Source: an uncultured Thermoplasmatales archaeon
GTDB taxonomy: Archaea > Thermoplasmatota > Thermoplasmata > Thermoplasmatales > GCA-001856825
Direction: 5' to 3'
NCBI GenBank assembly: GCA_964389625.1
Contig: CAYMEF010000001.1
Span: 5,880-69,879, forward strand
DNA: 64,000 bases
Shown: positions 8,844 to 18,907 of the stretch, in pieces
How positions within the stretch are numbered: position 1 is the stretch's first letter
Layout: every line of letters begins with the position of its first letter
Made by a program: the position numbers and the translations under genes
The notes under the pieces: generated by a model
Databases searched by the model: none
Seen by the model: the letters and a program-made list of their open reading frames with translations, nothing else
What the model was told of the DNA's origin: nothing

Positions 8844-10214
8844 ATGATTGTCAAAAACAAGTTCAGTGGCGATCAATTTATCGAACTAAGAGATACAGAT
8901 CTACCCGATGCAAGTACAGTTTTAAGAAATGCGAAGAAGGCGTTTCAAGAGATGAAAGAGCTGCCTTCATTCGAGCGCTATGAAGCCCTAATGAAGATAT
9001 CCAGGGAGCTCGAAAACAGGAGAGAGGAGTTTGCTAAAATAATCTCAAACGAAGCGGGCAAACCGATAAAATACTCGAGAGGGGAGGCGAGAAGGGCTTC
9101 CATCACTATGTTGTTTTCTGCAGAGGAATCGAAAAGGATTTACGGAGAGACGATACCGATGGATGTAGAATCCCGTGGGAAGAACAGATGGGCATATTAC
9201 AACAGGGTCCCGATCGGACCGATCTTTTCGGTCACGCCGTTTAACGACCCACTTAACCTTGTAGCTCACAAGGTTGGACCTGCACTGGCCGCTGGTAACT
9301 CGATAGTCAACAAACCCGCTTCGCTCACCCCCTACTCAGGCTACAGGCTCAATGAACTCGTCAACAACTCTGGTCTACCGGAGAATGCCATGCAAACGGT
9401 GATTGGTCCGGGAGGTGGAGAGGTAACAGACTTCTTCCTCAGGTCAGACGATATCAAGAAGGTAACTTTCACTGGAGGAGTGGAGGCCGCTGGCAGGCTC
9501 ATCAAGAAGGCGGGAATAAAGAAGTATTCAATGGAGCTGGGAAGCAACTCGCCGGTTATCGTTTGGAACGATGCAGACATCGACCTTGCTTCGGATGCCA
9601 TCGTCGATGCCGCGATGGAATCACAGGGACAGAATTGCATACACTCTCAGAGGATCCTGATACACAAGGATGTGTACAACGAATTATCCAAGCAACTAGT
9701 GGAGAAAGTTGCTAAGTTGAAAGTGGGAGACCCCTTGAACGATTCCACGGATGTTGGACCGATGATAGCTGAGAGTGAAGCGATCAGGGTGGAAAGAGAG
9801 GTAGGCGATGCGGTAAAGAATGGAGCCAAAATACTAATCGGTGGAAGGCGAGATGGAAGGTTCTATCTTCCAACACTGGTCACTAATGTGAAGCACGATC
9901 AGGGACTCTGGCACAATGAAATATTTGGCCCAGTTTCCATCCTTCAGTCAATAGATGACTTTGAAGAAGCCATCGCAATGGCAAATGACGTTCCTTACGG
10001 CCTGCAGGCAGGAGTCTACACACACAATCTAGACATTGCCATGAAGGCCATCCAGACTCTGGATTTCGGCGCGGTACTGATCAATGACACATCCGATTTC
10101 AGGGTAGACGTTATGCCCTTTGGAGGAATGAAACTCAGTGGACTCGGACGCGAGGGTATCAGATTTGCAATTGAAGAGATGACGGAGATAAAACTGGCAA
10201 TCTTCAGGAAGTGA
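8844..10214 (+). CDS. NAD(P)-dependent aldehyde dehydrogenase (lactaldehyde-DH-like, short form)
   Basis: ELGSNSP, GQNCIHSQR (catalytic Cys), EIFGPV. The track ORF starts at TTG 8823; the first ATG is 8844. Confidence 0.85.
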   Translation: MIVKNKFSGDQFIELRDTDLPDASTVLRNAKKAFQEMKELPSFERYEALMKISRELENRREEFAKIISNEAGKPIKYSRGEARRASITMLFSAEESKRIYGETIPMDVESRGKNRWAYYNRVPIGPIFSVTPFNDPLNLVAHKVGPALAAGNSIVNKPASLTPYSGYRLNELVNNSGLPENAMQTVIGPGGGEVTDFFLRSDDIKKVTFTGGVEAAGRLIKKAGIKKYSMELGSNSPVIVWNDADIDLASDAIVDAAMESQGQNCIHSQRILIHKDVYNELSKQLVEKVAKLKVGDPLNDSTDVGPMIAESEAIRVEREVGDAVKNGAKILIGGRRDGRFYLPTLVTNVKHDQGLWHNEIFGPVSILQSIDDFEEAIAMANDVPYGLQAGVYTHNLDIAMKAIQTLDFGAVLINDTSDFRVDVMPFGGMKLSGLGREGIRFAIEEMTEIKLAIFRK

Positions 10215-10308
10215 AGGGGCAGAGACATACACCATCCAATCTCTGTCATTAGGAGCTGACAGGGAGGCCCCGTAGTAATGTATTAGAGTTCACGATCCAT
10301 TCACCAGA

Positions 10309-11118
10309 ATGAGTGAACAAGTCGATTTCTTGAATAAACTCAGGAGTTCCAGATCTCTCCTCGCTCCTCTGATCAGCATTCGTGACCCCTCTGTATCAGA
10401 GCTAATTTCTTTCATCGGACCTGATTTCCTGATAGTCGATATGGAGCACTCTGCCATAGACTCAACTGAGCTCCAGAACATTCTTATGGCTGTGAAACCC
10501 CTAGACGTAGTTGCCAGAGTACGGGGCCTGGAGAAGAATGAGATAAAGAAGGTCCTCGATAGTGGTGTCGCTGGCATTATAATCCCGGGGATCGAGACTT
10601 TTCAGGAGGTGGAAGAAGCAGTTTCTTACTCGAGGATTCCGCCCGTGGGAATCAGGGGAGTTGGACCCGGTAGAGCTTCCAAGTATGGGTATGGATTTGG
10701 ATCTTACTTAGAACGAGCAAACGAACAGGTATTGATCGTTCAGATAGAGACCAAGAAGGCGTACGAAGACCTACCAGCGATTTTATCCACTCCGGGTCTG
10801 GACGGATGCTTCATAGGACCGGTCGACCTGACTACTGGCCTCGGAATAGAATTCTCTTGGAACAACAGGGAATTCGTCTCCGTGGTTGATAGAATTCTAA
10901 CTGAGGCTAGAAGAAGGGATCTTGTGGTAGGAATCTACACTCCGCTGGCCAACAAGTCACCTGAGCCTATCATTACTAGGGGGTTCAATTTCCTAATGTT
11001 CGGTACAGACAGGGAGGCAATACAGCTAGAGTACAGGAGCTCTCTAGAGAGTGTTAGGAGCAAGACTAGGGCATTGAATCCAGGAATTGACCTAATGCGT
11101 CAATTCCGTGATCAATAG
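10309..11118 (+). CDS. HpcH/HpaI-family aldolase
   Basis: DFLIVDMEHS motif and (beta/alpha)8 aldolase-like layout. The 3' end overlaps the convergent aminotransferase by 53 nt. Confidence 0.75.
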   Translation: MSEQVDFLNKLRSSRSLLAPLISIRDPSVSELISFIGPDFLIVDMEHSAIDSTELQNILMAVKPLDVVARVRGLEKNEIKKVLDSGVAGIIIPGIETFQEVEEAVSYSRIPPVGIRGVGPGRASKYGYGFGSYLERANEQVLIVQIETKKAYEDLPAILSTPGLDGCFIGPVDLTTGLGIEFSWNNREFVSVVDRILTEARRRDLVVGIYTPLANKSPEPIITRGFNFLMFGTDREAIQLEYRSSLESVRSKTRALNPGIDLMRQFRDQ

Positions 11119-12217
11119 ATTCCATTGGGCCTGCGAACGATATCCTTATGTGACCCTCCCCAGATTCACCGAATGCGGACCCAGGGAGAACCGCAACTTG
11201 GTACTTGCTGAGCAACTCCTTCGCTAGTTCCTGCGACTTCATATCGTAACTGTAGGAAGGGAAGGCATAGAATGCTCCTTCGATCGGGTACGTCGTCAGA
11301 CCCCTAATTTCGCTGAGCCTTTTCCTTACGTGCTCCATTTTCTTCCTGAAATCCAGCCTGAATTCGGCTATGAATCCATCTCCATTCTTCAGTGCGAAAG
11401 CGGAGGCTTTCTGAACGAAGACGGGAGAGCAGGTAGTTGTCTGCTCAACTACCTTGGCAATGTTAGCCACAATCTCGTCCGTCGCTATAGTGTATCCAGC
11501 TCTCCAGCCGGTCATTGAATAACTCTTTGAAAGGCTGAAGATAGAAATCACCGCATCCGGACTATCTTCTAGCGATCCTACCGAAAAGTGTTCTCGATCG
11601 TACAGAATGTCTTCGTACGCTTCGTCACTTATTATTTTCACTCCCTTTGATTTACACGAAGAGTAGAGCTCCTCCATGTCTTTCCTTTCAATGATCCTAC
11701 CAGTTGGATTACCCGGTGAATTTATGATCACCGCCGCAGTATCGCTGTCCAGCTTTGATATGACATTCTTCACGTTGAACGATAGATCTTCATTCATCCT
11801 GTACCGCACTGGTTTCAGGCCGGCTAGAAGGGCCGGTTCGTGATAGAAATAACCAGGATCCGGTATCAGAACTTTGTGCCTATCTCCCGCGATGGCCATC
11901 ATTGAGGCATAGATAGACTGCTTTGACATTATGAAAATGGTATTATCGATGCTCGCTCCGATTCCGTTCTTCTTGTTCACCTTCTCCACTATTGCCTCTC
12001 TAACTTCCTTTGTTCCGTAGGATGAGGTATAGTGGGTATCACCGTTCTTCATGCTTTCAAACGCAATTTGGCTTATAGCTAATGGAGTCGTGTACATCGG
12101 CTCTCCTATAGCTAGAGATGTGACTTTCTCCCCTCGTGATATCTTCTGGAGCACCAGGTTCACAATTTCAAGCGATGGGGAGCCGCCAAGGTCCCTTATG
12201 TGAGTTATCTCGGTCAT
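11066..12217 (-). CDS. Class I/II PLP-dependent aminotransferase (aspartate aminotransferase-like)
   Basis: NPGNPTG and SLSKSYSMTGWRAGY (PLP lysine). Start re-called to ATG 12217, about 24 nt downstream of TTAAATAT (12244-12237). Confidence 0.85.
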   Translation of the reverse strand: MTEITHIRDLGGSPSLEIVNLVLQKISRGEKVTSLAIGEPMYTTPLAISQIAFESMKNGDTHYTSSYGTKEVREAIVEKVNKKNGIGASIDNTIFIMSKQSIYASMMAIAGDRHKVLIPDPGYFYHEPALLAGLKPVRYRMNEDLSFNVKNVISKLDSDTAAVIINSPGNPTGRIIERKDMEELYSSCKSKGVKIISDEAYEDILYDREHFSVGSLEDSPDAVISIFSLSKSYSMTGWRAGYTIATDEIVANIAKVVEQTTTCSPVFVQKASAFALKNGDGFIAEFRLDFRKKMEHVRKRLSEIRGLTTYPIEGAFYAFPSYSYDMKSQELAKELLSKYQVAVLPGSAFGESGEGHIRISFAGPMESIDHGIDALGQFLDSMP

Positions 12218-12308
12218 GGTTGTTAAGTTGAAGCGAATATTTAAGTGGTTATTTCCCAGCATCAATCCACCCCTAAAGAGATAAATATGAGGGGGCCATG
12301 ATAATTTA

Positions 12309-12668
12309 ATGGCAGAACTCAGAAAGACGAGTTGGAAAGAAGTGAAATCAGAGAAACTCTCAGAAGTGCTTTCGAGGAAGCTGATCTATGGAGATAGGGT
12401 TATGCTTGCCGAGGTCGTACTCAAGAAAGGAACTGTAGTGCCAGAACACCACCACGAAAATGAGCAGTTGACTTGGATAGTCAAGGGTGAGCTCCTGTTC
12501 GAGATAGGAGGGAAAGAGATAAGTGTGAAGGAAGGAGAGGTGCTCGTCATTCCATCCAATACTCCACACAAAGCCACTGCTCTCGAGGACACAATTGACA
12601 TGGACGTGTTCAGTCCTATTAGACAGGATTGGCTTAGCGGTCAGGACCAGTATCTGAGAGGTAAATAG
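12309..12668 (+). CDS. Cupin domain protein
   Basis: 119 aa with GTVVPEHHHENEQLTWIVKGEL...IPSNTPHKA, the two-motif cupin pattern. Confidence 0.7.
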   Translation: MAELRKTSWKEVKSEKLSEVLSRKLIYGDRVMLAEVVLKKGTVVPEHHHENEQLTWIVKGELLFEIGGKEISVKEGEVLVIPSNTPHKATALEDTIDMDVFSPIRQDWLSGQDQYLRGK

Positions 12669-12752
12669 AGCTTAAAGAATGTAGAGTCATATACTCATTC
12701 GGTTTTGAATACTGCCTGCTTTTTAGCCCTACGGGTATTCGAGTGCCTAGTT

Positions 12753-13256
12753 CTAGATCTGAACGGCGGACGTTTTTATTCCGTGAGAAACTATGAAAAA
12801 TGCGGGGCACTTATCGGAGGCCTTGATCACTTCTCTTATGTCCTGATCGGCTTCTACTTCAATTTTGAGTTCCTTCGCCAGAGGGGCATCAGTCGGTACA
12901 AGCATTGGTCCGATATCGTAATAGAGATGACCCTTCATTTTGAGTTTCTTGAGCTTTATCCCCCTTAAGGAAGCATTTACTACTATGGTGGAGGCAAAAC
13001 ACGACATAACCCCAAACATTAGATAATTCAGGGGGGTAGCATATATTCCTCTCCCTCCCAAAACTCCTGGTTCATCGGCGCCCACTGAGAATGTTGCTGC
13101 CTGTGATGAAAGAGTGGCAGTGAACATTGGACTACCTTCTAGGTGAAATTCTCCGTCGATGTGCTTTTCTAGGTAGAAATGCCCACCATCCGATTCTATT
13201 TTTTTCTTCGTCTCCAAAACGGCACTTAGGTTCACATTGTTTACGAGTTCTGGCAT
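12753..13256 (-). CDS. OsmC/Ohr-family protein
   Basis: 167 aa with ADEPGVLGG...P..YL.....SC, the OsmC-type pattern. Confidence 0.65.
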   Translation of the reverse strand: MPELVNNVNLSAVLETKKKIESDGGHFYLEKHIDGEFHLEGSPMFTATLSSQAATFSVGADEPGVLGGRGIYATPLNYLMFGVMSCFASTIVVNASLRGIKLKKLKMKGHLYYDIGPMLVPTDAPLAKELKIEVEADQDIREVIKASDKCPAFFIVSHGIKTSAVQI

Positions 13257-13473
13257 AAGTTATCGCCGTATAATTAGAAAAGCAATCTATAAATAATTTG
13301 GCAGACTTGTTTCATTAGGATGGGCAGGGCTTGATTTTCTAATCATATTACCGGTTGTCTTTGTGACCATTCATTCTAACTACTAGGAGTGGCGAAAATG
13401 ATTTAGCTCACGAAATAATTTTTCAGGCAAGTATATATAATTCGAGGAATATCCGACGCAGAGGTTTGAATGT

Positions 13474-15072
13474 ATGGTTGATCAGGCTGAGGAACCGGGT
13501 ATTAAAGGTGTTCAAACTGAAAAGCGTGAATATAGAAAGGAACTGAACTTCTGGCATATTGTGTTCCTTACAGTTGGTGCGATTTTTGGATCAGCTGTCG
13601 CCTTTGTACCCGTTTACGTATTAGCTTATGGAGGACCGGCCGGTATTCTGGCATGGCCGATAGCATTTCTCCTTATCTTGCCCATAGCGTTCCTGTATGT
13701 TGAACTTGGGACGATGTGGCCGAGGGCAGGCGGAATAGCATATTACCCTGCTAGGAGTCACGGTACCCTCGTTGGATTGATGAACGGATGGAGCACTTTC
13801 ATTGGGTATACCCTTGCTCTTCCAACCCAGGTAGCGGTAGTGGTCGAATACATTGGACTCTACTATCCTCCACTGTATTCCGGCGGAGTCATAACCACTC
13901 TGGGAATAGTGGTTGGTATACTGATGCTTGTCCTGATATTCATTGTGGAGATCAGACACGTCAGAATTATCGGAAACGTGAACAACGGTTTCACCATAAT
14001 TAAGGTCTTGATGATGGTGATTATTGCCCTCGCGCTCATCTCATTCTTTGATGGAAAGAACTGGACTCTCAACGGAGGGTTTGCACCATTGGGCATTCCG
14101 GGAATCTTCCTAGCCATATCGGCAACAATATTCGCATATGCCGGTTTCAGGCAACCAATAGATTATGCAGAAGAAGTCAAGGAACCCGGTAAGGTCCTGC
14201 CAAAGGCTATCGGAATCTCCCTCGTAATTGTCATGATACTCTACGTTCTCGAAAGCCTTGCATTCCTGGGTACAATCAACTGGACTAAGCTGGGATTCTC
14301 GGCCGGTAGCTGGGGGAGCCTATTCAGTCTAGGGTCTCCTTACACAAGCGCTTCTATAAATGTGGGACTTGCGGCCTTTGGAGTCCTGGCCGTGATAGTG
14401 ATCATAATAGCTTCCTTTAGCGATGGGCTGGTCTACTGGGGAGGAGCTGCAAGGGTAGGAAATACTATGTCCAGGTACGACAGATATTTCCCGGATTTCT
14501 TCTCTTCTCTCAGTAAGAGAGGGATTCCGTTCAATGCCGTTGTAGTAGTATTTGCGATTGCAGTCTTCTATCTGCTTCTCTTGCCTTCTTTTGCTTCGCT
14601 AATAGGCGTCTTCGTTGATGCGGTGGTAATATCATATGCACAGTCGGCAATAAGTCTAGCCATCTTCAGGAAAAAGTACCCGACCGAAAACAGGCCGTAC
14701 AAGCTCCCAGCTTACAAGGTCATGGCCCCGATCGCCTATGTGATAGCAGGACTCCTGGTCTACTGGTCAGGATTCCACGCAATAATAATCGCAATCCCTT
14801 CTGTGTTTGCGGGTCTACTCTTCCTCATAATGGCAAGGAGAAAGCACAACTTCGGGATAGCAGACGTTAAAGCTGGACTCTGGTTGCCAATATACCTCAT
14901 AGTTGTTGTCTTCCTATCATATACCGGGAGTTCCTTCTTTTACGGTCGAAACTTGGTGCCTTTCCCATATGATAACATCCTCTTCGTGGTAGTGACACTG
15001 ATATTCTACTACTGGGGATATTACTCTGGAATGAAGTACACGGGAAAGGGAGTAGTCGACGCGCTCGATTAG
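13474..15072 (+). CDS. APC-family amino acid permease (paralog A)
   Basis: 532-aa polytopic protein. By eye about 45% identical to the 17265..18896 product (for example ELGTMWPRAGGIAYYP vs ELGTTWPKAGGIAHYP). Confidence 0.85.
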   Translation: MVDQAEEPGIKGVQTEKREYRKELNFWHIVFLTVGAIFGSAVAFVPVYVLAYGGPAGILAWPIAFLLILPIAFLYVELGTMWPRAGGIAYYPARSHGTLVGLMNGWSTFIGYTLALPTQVAVVVEYIGLYYPPLYSGGVITTLGIVVGILMLVLIFIVEIRHVRIIGNVNNGFTIIKVLMMVIIALALISFFDGKNWTLNGGFAPLGIPGIFLAISATIFAYAGFRQPIDYAEEVKEPGKVLPKAIGISLVIVMILYVLESLAFLGTINWTKLGFSAGSWGSLFSLGSPYTSASINVGLAAFGVLAVIVIIIASFSDGLVYWGGAARVGNTMSRYDRYFPDFFSSLSKRGIPFNAVVVVFAIAVFYLLLLPSFASLIGVFVDAVVISYAQSAISLAIFRKKYPTENRPYKLPAYKVMAPIAYVIAGLLVYWSGFHAIIIAIPSVFAGLLFLIMARRKHNFGIADVKAGLWLPIYLIVVVFLSYTGSSFFYGRNLVPFPYDNILFVVVTLIFYYWGYYSGMKYTGKGVVDALD

Positions 15073-15182
15073 TTTTATTTCCTTTTTTTTTATTTTCCAA
15101 GGTCGATTTTTCCATGGGTTCTAATCGTGTAGCACACTAAACTTGCCGTTAAATAAAAATAAAAACAGGTGCTCTATTGATT

Positions 15183-15833
15183 ATGATTTTGAAAGCAGTT
15201 CATGATCTAAGCGTGACCGTTGAGCCGGGCATGGCAACTTGGCCATCAAACCCAGAGGTAGAACTGAGGGACGAATGGAGCTACGAGAAAGATGGATACA
15301 AAGAGGAAATTTACAAATCTTCAACTCATACCGGTACTCACTTTGATGCACCGATTCACATGTTCAAGGGTGGCCATCCAATAGATAGGATTGACTTGAA
15401 TGTTCTAGTGTCTGAGGGGTATTGTATTCGCCCAAAATTCAGTGGTACGGAAATTCATCTAGATGAAATAAAGAAGGTTTGGAAGGAACAGTACAATGGA
15501 AAGATCATTCTCATAAACACTGGATGGGACAAGAAGAGAGCGAAGAATGAAGAATGGCAGTACAAGTTCCCTGGTCTTGCAGAGGATACGGTAGACTTCT
15601 TTGGAGAGAAAAAAGTGAAACTCATAGGAATAGATACTCTGGGTATCGAGGCGGCAGACCATACAACATTTCCGGTACACATTGGACTGGAGAAGTACGG
15701 TATAACCTTCATCGAAGATATGGCCAACCTGAACGAGCTCATTGAGGGAAAGCCCTATCTTGTGGTCGGCCTTCCTCTTAAACTGAAAGGGGCGAGCGGT
15801 TCTATGGGTAGGGTAGTTGCAATTGAATTGTGA
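15183..15833 (+). CDS. Cyclase-family (KynB / arylformamidase-like) metal-dependent amidohydrolase (paralog A)
   Basis: HTGTHFDAPIH motif (HxGTHxDxPxH). ATG at 15183; the track starts at TTG 15177. Confidence 0.8.
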   Translation: MILKAVHDLSVTVEPGMATWPSNPEVELRDEWSYEKDGYKEEIYKSSTHTGTHFDAPIHMFKGGHPIDRIDLNVLVSEGYCIRPKFSGTEIHLDEIKKVWKEQYNGKIILINTGWDKKRAKNEEWQYKFPGLAEDTVDFFGEKKVKLIGIDTLGIEAADHTTFPVHIGLEKYGITFIEDMANLNELIEGKPYLVVGLPLKLKGASGSMGRVVAIEL

Positions 15834-15869
15834 GTGTTTTTTAACACTCACAATAGGAAAGAAGCAGAA

Positions 15870-17072
15870 TCATTTACCTGGATTTTTGAAGACCCTTCCC
15901 AGCCTCCTTACTCCCTCGACTATGTTTTCGTCGGAACTGTATGTGAAATTGAGCCTCATCGATTCGTGGTTGTCGTTGTCGGGATAGAATTCTGAACCGA
16001 CAACGTAGAGAACCTTCTTCTTTATTGCTTCTTCCAGCATTTTATCTGTATTTGCTCCCTTCTTTGTTACCCAGATGAACATCCCTCCATCGGGTCTTGT
16101 GAATTCCACATCTCCCGGGAGGTATTCCTCGAGCGATCTGAGCATCAGGTTCCTCTTTCCCTGGTACAGCTTTACTACGTTTGGAATCCACCTGTCTATG
16201 TACCCCCCAGAGAGATACGCTTCCGCTATGTATTCTGATATCGTGCTTGATGCTAAATCCAGCGCCTGCTTCACCATTTTCATCTTCTCTACTACCTCTG
16301 GAGAAGCAACTGCATATCCGAGTCTGAAACCCGGGGCAAGAACTTTCGAGAATGTTCCCAGGAAGATCACGTTGTTCTCCCCATCCAGGGCCTTTAGAGG
16401 AGGACTGGGAGTTCCGGAATATCTCAGTGCACCGTACGGATCGTCTTCCAAAATAGGTACTCCCAGTTCGGAAACAATTTCGAGAAACTCCTTCTTCCTC
16501 TCAAGCGTCCACGATAATCCTGTTGGATTCTGGAAGTTTGGCAATACATAGAAGAACCTCGGATGCGGATATTTCTTCAGTGTTTCCCTTAGCGAGTCCA
16601 TCCTCATCCCATTCTCATCCATCTCCACTCCTATCATCTTGATCCCGGAAGCCTTAAAAGCAGTGATCGCACCGAGATATGTTGGAGCTTCAGATATAAC
16701 GTACTCCCCGGGATTCGCAAACAGCTTCCCCAAGATGTAAAGCGCCTCTTGGGAGCCTGTGGTTTGGACTATATCGTTTGGATCACACTCGAACCCCTGT
16801 TGTGCCTTCATCCTTTTCGCAAGAGTGACAGAGAGTGCTCTTAGTCCTTCTGTTGCTCCATATTGGAGCATCTTTCTACCGCTAGTCGTGATCAACTCGT
16901 TGAATACTTTCTTCACATCCTCCACTGGAAAAGATTCTGGGTTTGGTAACCCTCCGCCAAACGAGATCATTTCTGGGTCTCCTATTGCCTTAAGGATCGC
17001 GTCGATAGCAGAAGGCTTCATTGCGTTCACAATGCTCGAGAATTCTTTCTTAGATAGAACGTTCCCCGCCAT
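15870..17072 (-). CDS. PLP aminotransferase of the KAT-II / 2-aminoadipate aminotransferase subgroup
   Basis: ISFGGGLPNPESFP, NFQNPTG, TFSKVLAPGFRLGY. Confidence 0.8.
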   Translation of the reverse strand: MAGNVLSKKEFSSIVNAMKPSAIDAILKAIGDPEMISFGGGLPNPESFPVEDVKKVFNELITTSGRKMLQYGATEGLRALSVTLAKRMKAQQGFECDPNDIVQTTGSQEALYILGKLFANPGEYVISEAPTYLGAITAFKASGIKMIGVEMDENGMRMDSLRETLKKYPHPRFFYVLPNFQNPTGLSWTLERKKEFLEIVSELGVPILEDDPYGALRYSGTPSPPLKALDGENNVIFLGTFSKVLAPGFRLGYAVASPEVVEKMKMVKQALDLASSTISEYIAEAYLSGGYIDRWIPNVVKLYQGKRNLMLRSLEEYLPGDVEFTRPDGGMFIWVTKKGANTDKMLEEAIKKKVLYVVGSEFYPDNDNHESMRLNFTYSSDENIVEGVRRLGRVFKNPGK

Positions 17073-17264
17073 GATTTATGAACAGATATTATCCTAATAA
17101 TATTTCCTCTCTGGTAGAGTGACGAGCGAAGGGCGCCAATTTCTTGAAAAGAAACAGGTGGTGGTTTCACGGAGTATATCGAAAAATGATCGAATATTCC
17201 AATGAATGTTGATAAGAGAAATATTAAAAGAAAAAAGAAAAAGAGGTAAGACCGCTGCTAGAGC

Positions 17265-18896
17265 TTACTCTGAAGTTTCCTGGTCCGTAATGCCCTTGAA
17301 GAACTTGCTACCCTTAACTCCAGACCATACACCGATGTAGTAGAATACCAAGGAAACAATGATGAATATGACAGTATCCGTTAGAATTGCTGCTAGGTTT
17401 CCGGTTGTGAATGCGCTATTTGTAAGGTAGGAGAATACAAACACGAACACCAGGAATATAGGGAGGTATATGCCATAGAGATATCCCACTCCTTTCACCT
17501 TTGTGTGTCTGTTGTAGAGTAGTATCAAGAATACTCCAGCAAGATCGAGCGGTACCACGTACAATATCGCGGTGAATCCAGACCAGTATACCATCAGGTT
17601 CGTCACGATAAACGCAATAGGCGCTATTATGAAGGCAGCTGGAAGCTTGTAGGGTCTGGTTACGTCCGGTGCAGTCTTTCTGAAGACGGCTAGACTGATT
17701 GGTCCGGGAGCGTACGATATCAGGAATGCGTCGACCATTAGACCTATGATAGTGCCCAGAGATTTACCCAGTGCTACTAAAACAAGCGACACAACAAGCA
17801 CAAGGATCACGGAATATGTTGGGACTCCCTTTTCGCTTAGGTGACCTATCGACTTGGGGAAATACCTGTCCTCCTTTCCGAGAATCTGTCCAACTCTGGC
17901 CGCGCCCCCGTAGTAAATGATACCGTCCTTGAACGTCGCTATCAGGGCAACCACTATCGCGATTATTACTATTGCAGGGATCGCAAGAGACTGTGCTTCA
18001 GTGGCATACGGAGATCCGTACCCGTAGAAGGCGCCCCAGCTCGTGACATTCAACAAGTGGAAGTTGGCCGCACCTATGAATACGAATGCAAGAAGCGCAT
18101 ATATTACTCCGGAGATGACTATCGAGAGAACAACTGCCAGAGGTATGCTTCTACCAGGGTTCTTCGCCTCTTCAGAATAGTCAATGGGTTGCCTGAATCC
18201 GCCATAACCGAATATAGTGATCGTGATAGCACCGAAAAATCCGATCGCTCCATACGGGGCAAATCCTCCATATGCATGGGAAGTGAAGTTCGATCCGTGG
18301 AAGAAGAAGAGCAACCCGATTATCGTGGCGGCTATCAGGATGACTGTGACTATAGTCAACCAGTTGTTTATATTTCCCATGTGCTTGATCCTCAGCATGT
18401 TGATTCCGAAGACTGCGACTAGCACTACCTCGGCCACGATTATTCCAGTTGTAGACAGGAACGTACCAGAGTAAAACGATGGAACGTAGAAACTGGCATA
18501 TTCCACGACTGCAAACACTATCACCGGCGAAACGAGGAGGTACCCTACAAAGGACGACCATCCGTTTATTGCACCAACCAACGGGCCATTGCTTCTAGAC
18601 GGATAATGTGCAATCCCACCCGCCTTCGGCCACGTAGTACCCAATTCAGAATAGACAAGGCCAACGGGTATCAACATGAACATGGCTACGAACCACGCTG
18701 CAATCCCACTCGGACCCGCAAATGCAACCGTATATACGGGAGCATAAGCCACTGCAGGACCCAGTATTCCACCCAGAGCAAGAAAAACAACGCTCCAGGT
18801 TCCCAAATCTTTCCTGTACCGAGAAACTTTCGTTCCTTGGCCAACGGCTTCCTTCGAAACAGTTGGTACATCCCCACTTTTTGCCTCATTACTCAT
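17265..18896 (-). CDS. APC-family amino acid permease (paralog B)
   Basis: Paralog of 13474..15072. ATG 18896 is preferred over TTG 18911. Lies 11 nt after the stop of the upstream cyclase gene. Confidence 0.85.
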   Translation of the reverse strand: MSNEAKSGDVPTVSKEAVGQGTKVSRYRKDLGTWSVVFLALGGILGPAVAYAPVYTVAFAGPSGIAAWFVAMFMLIPVGLVYSELGTTWPKAGGIAHYPSRSNGPLVGAINGWSSFVGYLLVSPVIVFAVVEYASFYVPSFYSGTFLSTTGIIVAEVVLVAVFGINMLRIKHMGNINNWLTIVTVILIAATIIGLLFFFHGSNFTSHAYGGFAPYGAIGFFGAITITIFGYGGFRQPIDYSEEAKNPGRSIPLAVVLSIVISGVIYALLAFVFIGAANFHLLNVTSWGAFYGYGSPYATEAQSLAIPAIVIIAIVVALIATFKDGIIYYGGAARVGQILGKEDRYFPKSIGHLSEKGVPTYSVILVLVVSLVLVALGKSLGTIIGLMVDAFLISYAPGPISLAVFRKTAPDVTRPYKLPAAFIIAPIAFIVTNLMVYWSGFTAILYVVPLDLAGVFLILLYNRHTKVKGVGYLYGIYLPIFLVFVFVFSYLTNSAFTTGNLAAILTDTVIFIIVSLVFYYIGVWSGVKGSKFFKGITDQETSE

Positions 18897-18907
18897 TTTT
18901 TTACACC

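Noticed and set aside
10240-10265. A 9-bp hairpin (TCTCTGTCA / TGACAGGGA) between the ALDH and the HpcH aldolase, considered as a riboswitch or attenuator.
   Set aside because: It is a single short stem with no adjacent conserved elements or T-tract. At most it is a weak terminator or processing site.
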